Program-made: the position numbers and the translations under genes | NCBI RefSeq assembly: GCF_000143415.4 | Contig: NW_003314426.1 | Span: forward strand, 62,001-126,000 | DNA from: Selaginella moellendorffii | Taxonomy: Eukaryota; Plantae; Lycopodiophyta | Direction: 5' to 3' | Length of the DNA: 64,000 bases | Shown here: positions 61,098 through 64,000 of the stretch, in pieces | How the letters are laid out: each line of letters opens with the position of its first letter | Position numbering within the stretch: the stretch's first letter is position 1 | Notes under the pieces: generated by a model | Seen by the model: the letters and a program-made list of their open reading frames with translations, nothing else | Told to the model about the DNA's origin: nothing | The model's database searches: none

Positions 61098-61685
61098 TCA
61101 GTTAAAAACAACCCATTCATCATCGAATGGATCTAGGACGTACAATTTGCCTTGCTTCTCCACACATTGTCCAATATTCCAGCGATGGGTAACTTTGGTA
61201 AAATCCACACACTTTGACAGCGCAAGAAGGAACGGGGTTACATCTGCCAAGAAGTGGTCATCCTTTGACCCCTCAAACTTTGGAGCCACCACCACGCTCT
61301 CTTGATGACCTTGGTAGAAGTCAATAATGTCATCCAGTGCCACCACCCGCTTGAAATCCCGAAACCCTACATGGTCAAGATTCTTGACTTTCGTCCCGTC
61401 CTTTAGAACAACGCAATTGCCACCATGTAGCCTCCTCGACACAAGCCCCCCAGTAGGATCCAGATGGTCAACCACAAGGTTGACATACTTCTCCTGGGCG
61501 GCACTAAACACCACGATATCGTACACTTTTGAAACCTTCCCCAGAAATTCATCTACCCCTGGTCTCTTCATGATGTGGAGTGGTGCATCATCGTCGAATT
61601 CCATGCTGAAACTCACAGAAGAGACGAGATCCTTATGAGCGTATACCAGTGTATTGTCTAGATCGAGAATGAGTGTCTTCTTCAT
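61098..61685 (-). CDS. CTD small phosphatase-like (NIF/FCP1) protein, copy B
   Basis: DLDNT, KRPGVDEFL, VVALDD; intact 195-aa ORF. Confidence 0.88.
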   Translation of the reverse strand: MKKTLILDLDNTLVYAHKDLVSSVSFSMEFDDDAPLHIMKRPGVDEFLGKVSKVYDIVVFSAAQEKYVNLVVDHLDPTGGLVSRRLHGGNCVVLKDGTKVKNLDHVGFRDFKRVVALDDIIDFYQGHQESVVVAPKFEGSKDDHFLADVTPFLLALSKCVDFTKVTHRWNIGQCVEKQGKLYVLDPFDDEWVVFN

Positions 61686-62415
61686 GATACCCTAAAAAAT
61701 GACTCGTATTCCGTGGAAATGTAGAAGGGCCACAAAAGGTGACCAAAGGTGCCACGTCTGCCCTAAACTCTATCCGACGTGGCCTTTTTGTATTCTTGTA
61801 CCCTACTATTGGCAAAGCCCAAGGGAGCCGGAGGAGCGCGTCGATCCTCAATGCAGCTTAGATTCCAAATCTAGGGCTGCCGTGATCGTCTGGCAAGGGC
61901 AGAGGTGAGTGCGCTGCTGGTTTGCGGCCTACTGTTGGCGAGGCGGAAGGAGGTGAGCATGCAATTGTAGCAAGTTTGTTGTGAATCCATTGACGGACAG
62001 CTGATGTGCGCATTCTAGGCTCCAGCCGTTGGATAAGTGCAGTAACGACTCCTCAATCTCTTTTGTGCTTTCAGCAACGACTCACAATGTTAACACTGAC
62101 CAGAGTCCACCATGGAGAGGAAGAGAGCTGCTGGTCCGAAGAAACTACACACTCAGAAGCGATCCGACGTCATGCTCGAAAGGACCCGCCCACTGGATCC
62201 GATTAACCGAGCTCGATCAGGTTGGTCAAAACTTGAAACATCTGCACTTGTCTGACGAAGATCCTCGTTGAAGCAGGAGCAGGAGAAACTGATCATGATG
62301 CATCCGCGTTGCAGGCTGCTCCTGACGCTGGTACGAAGAATTCCTTTTGTTGGCTGACACGACTCTTTGCTGGTTTGATTCATGACTTGCAGAATATGTT
62401 CGGCAATTCCTCGCA

Positions 62416-63470
62416 ATGGCGCAACGCTTGGAGAGATTCAAGATGCTCTCGGCGAATGTTGTGACCGGGATCGTGGAATCGATCCAAAAGGGAGGGGAGA
62501 CTCCAGTTGCAGCAGCAGGTGGATACAATAATTTCTCTCTTTGGCATCTTTTCGCTTCTGAGTGGCCCCTTGTCTCTCTTGTCCAGGCCGCTTCTGCAGC
62601 AGCTACGAAGTGCTCGCTTGTGTTGGCCAGGGGGCGTCCGGGAAAGTATACAAGTGCCGTAGCAAGGAGGACGAACAAATCTACGCCATCAAAGTCATCA
62701 AGGTTCGCACAGCAACGAAGTCCAGAGACCAGGATGTCGCGCTCGTCTTCAAGGAGGGAGAGATGCTCCAGCGCTGCGAACACCCCAACATAGTCAAATA
62801 CTTCGACATGTGGAAGGAGGAAGGCGAGCCGGGCAAGTCGAAAGTGTACATTGTCATGGAGTTTTGTGGCCGCTCGCTCCAGTCGGTGCTCCTCGGCGGT
62901 GAGTCACCACCTGCAGATGCGTTTAGGCAGCTTCTTCAAGCTGTGGCGCATGTGCACGGCAACGTGGGTGTTCATCGGGATATAGCACCACACAACATCT
63001 TCGTCACAGACGATGGACGCATCAAGCTGGGAGATTTCGGTCTTGGTAGGCAAATGAAACATCTCTTCCATCTCTCATTTGTTGGCTTACAGCTAAAAAT
63101 AAGGAGTCCATGCTCGAGAATGAAATATCAAGAAGGGGAGAGCAGTTTACTACTCTCCCCAGCGCCGGAGCAACTCAACCTACACTGACATGCTTGCGCT
63201 TGGAGTTATACTCTTCGAACTTCATTGGAGGTGTCCCCCGGACCAGGTTTGGCTGCAGTTTGTGCAACGTGCTTGCTTAGTTTGGTGAATCTGTGTAGGA
63301 AAGGGAGTCGGTATTGATTGACGTCCGGGATGGCGTTTTACCAGCAGACTGGGCGTACCAACACCCATCAATTGCGCCCAAGGTGTTGGAGCTGGTCGCA
63401 GCAAGACGCGACCAGCGTCCATCCGCGCGCGACATCCTCTGCGATCCTGCCTGGCAATCTGTTTGGTGAG
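62416..63470 (+). pseudogene. eIF2alpha-kinase-like gene, copy B, frameshifted
   Basis: Near-identical to copy A but 1 nt shorter at ~63120 (GAGAATGAAATATC vs GAGACCGAAAATATC). Confidence 0.7.
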
Positions 63471-63547
63471 TTTCTTTCATTACTCTGATTCTCTGCTTGG
63501 CTTCTAACATGTCTGTTTGCAGCTGATCGTTGTAGTTGTTTAGATTT

Positions 63548-63647
63548 NNNNNNNNNNNNNNNNNNNNNNNNNNNNNNNNNNNNNNNNNNNNNNNNNNNNN
63601 NNNNNNNNNNNNNNNNNNNNNNNNNNNNNNNNNNNNNNNNNNNNNNN
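63548..63647. other. Assembly gap (100 N)
   Basis: N run. Confidence 1.
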
Positions 63648-64000
63648 ATCGCACCCTTGCTGTAAAAAAAATTGGCATCAAAGAATAAAAACGTTTTCCT
63701 ACAGGCCTTTCTGAATTGAATCCAAGGAACCTGGAAGTCAAAACAAGAGAGTAGCTTCAGAACACTCAAAAGCTCACCCCTGCAAGTTCTGTTGTGGTAC
63801 AGGGTGAATGAGTTCCCCTTTTTTGACGAGTCTGCAAAATTATAGAAAGGATGAGTCAAATGGAGAGAGAGAGAAATATATACATATATATATATGAATT
63901 GATCCAGGTTTCTTGTTTTTTTCATACCTTGAGGAACCAATCATTCAATTCCACTGATTTCTTTGCATACTTGAATGCAAAGAATAACAAATAATGAAGC

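Larger units (their letters stand above)
41126..64000 (+). repeat. Copy B of a direct segmental duplication of ~1-24340
   Basis: 41126-44068 matches 1-2935; 44069-44389 + 57790-57960 match 15853-16330; 58185-64000 matches 18245-24340. Confidence 0.95.

Overview
Repeat-rich land-plant genomic window, not prokaryotic. Short GT-AG introns, a PLS-type PPR fragment, a 2OG-Fe(II) dioxygenase fragment and TTTAGGG repeats point to a plant; a lycophyte such as Selaginella is my inference. Most of the window is a direct segmental duplication: copy A is ~1-24.3 kb and copy B ~41.1-64 kb, with gene offset ~39.9 kb. Each copy shows the empty site for the other's insertions. Copy A carries a 12.9-kb TIR DNA transposon (2936-15848; 24-bp perfect TIRs; CTTG duplication). 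It encodes a Sola-like DDE transposase on the minus strand and, divergently, a multi-exon cargo gene with ParB/Srx-like, degenerate amino-methyltransferase-like and NIF/HAD-like modules. The element is studded with >20 copies of a fixed-spacing 22-bp palindrome, ATGGCRTG-N6-CAYGCCAT, many of them in introns. Copy B carries a three-level Ty3/gypsy nest. Its young chromovirus (283-bp near-identical LTRs) has two canonical spliceosomal-type introns inside the integrase coding region. Both copies hold a cluster of genes and fragments (PPR-2OGD chimera, CTD-phosphatase-like gene, eIF2alpha-kinase-like gene) between long diverged inverted repeats. The spacer (~25.8-41 kb) holds a decayed GCM/SWIM MULE-like element with a second ParB-like ORF, plus degenerate gypsy sequence. 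All domain calls are by eye from motifs; no searches were run.
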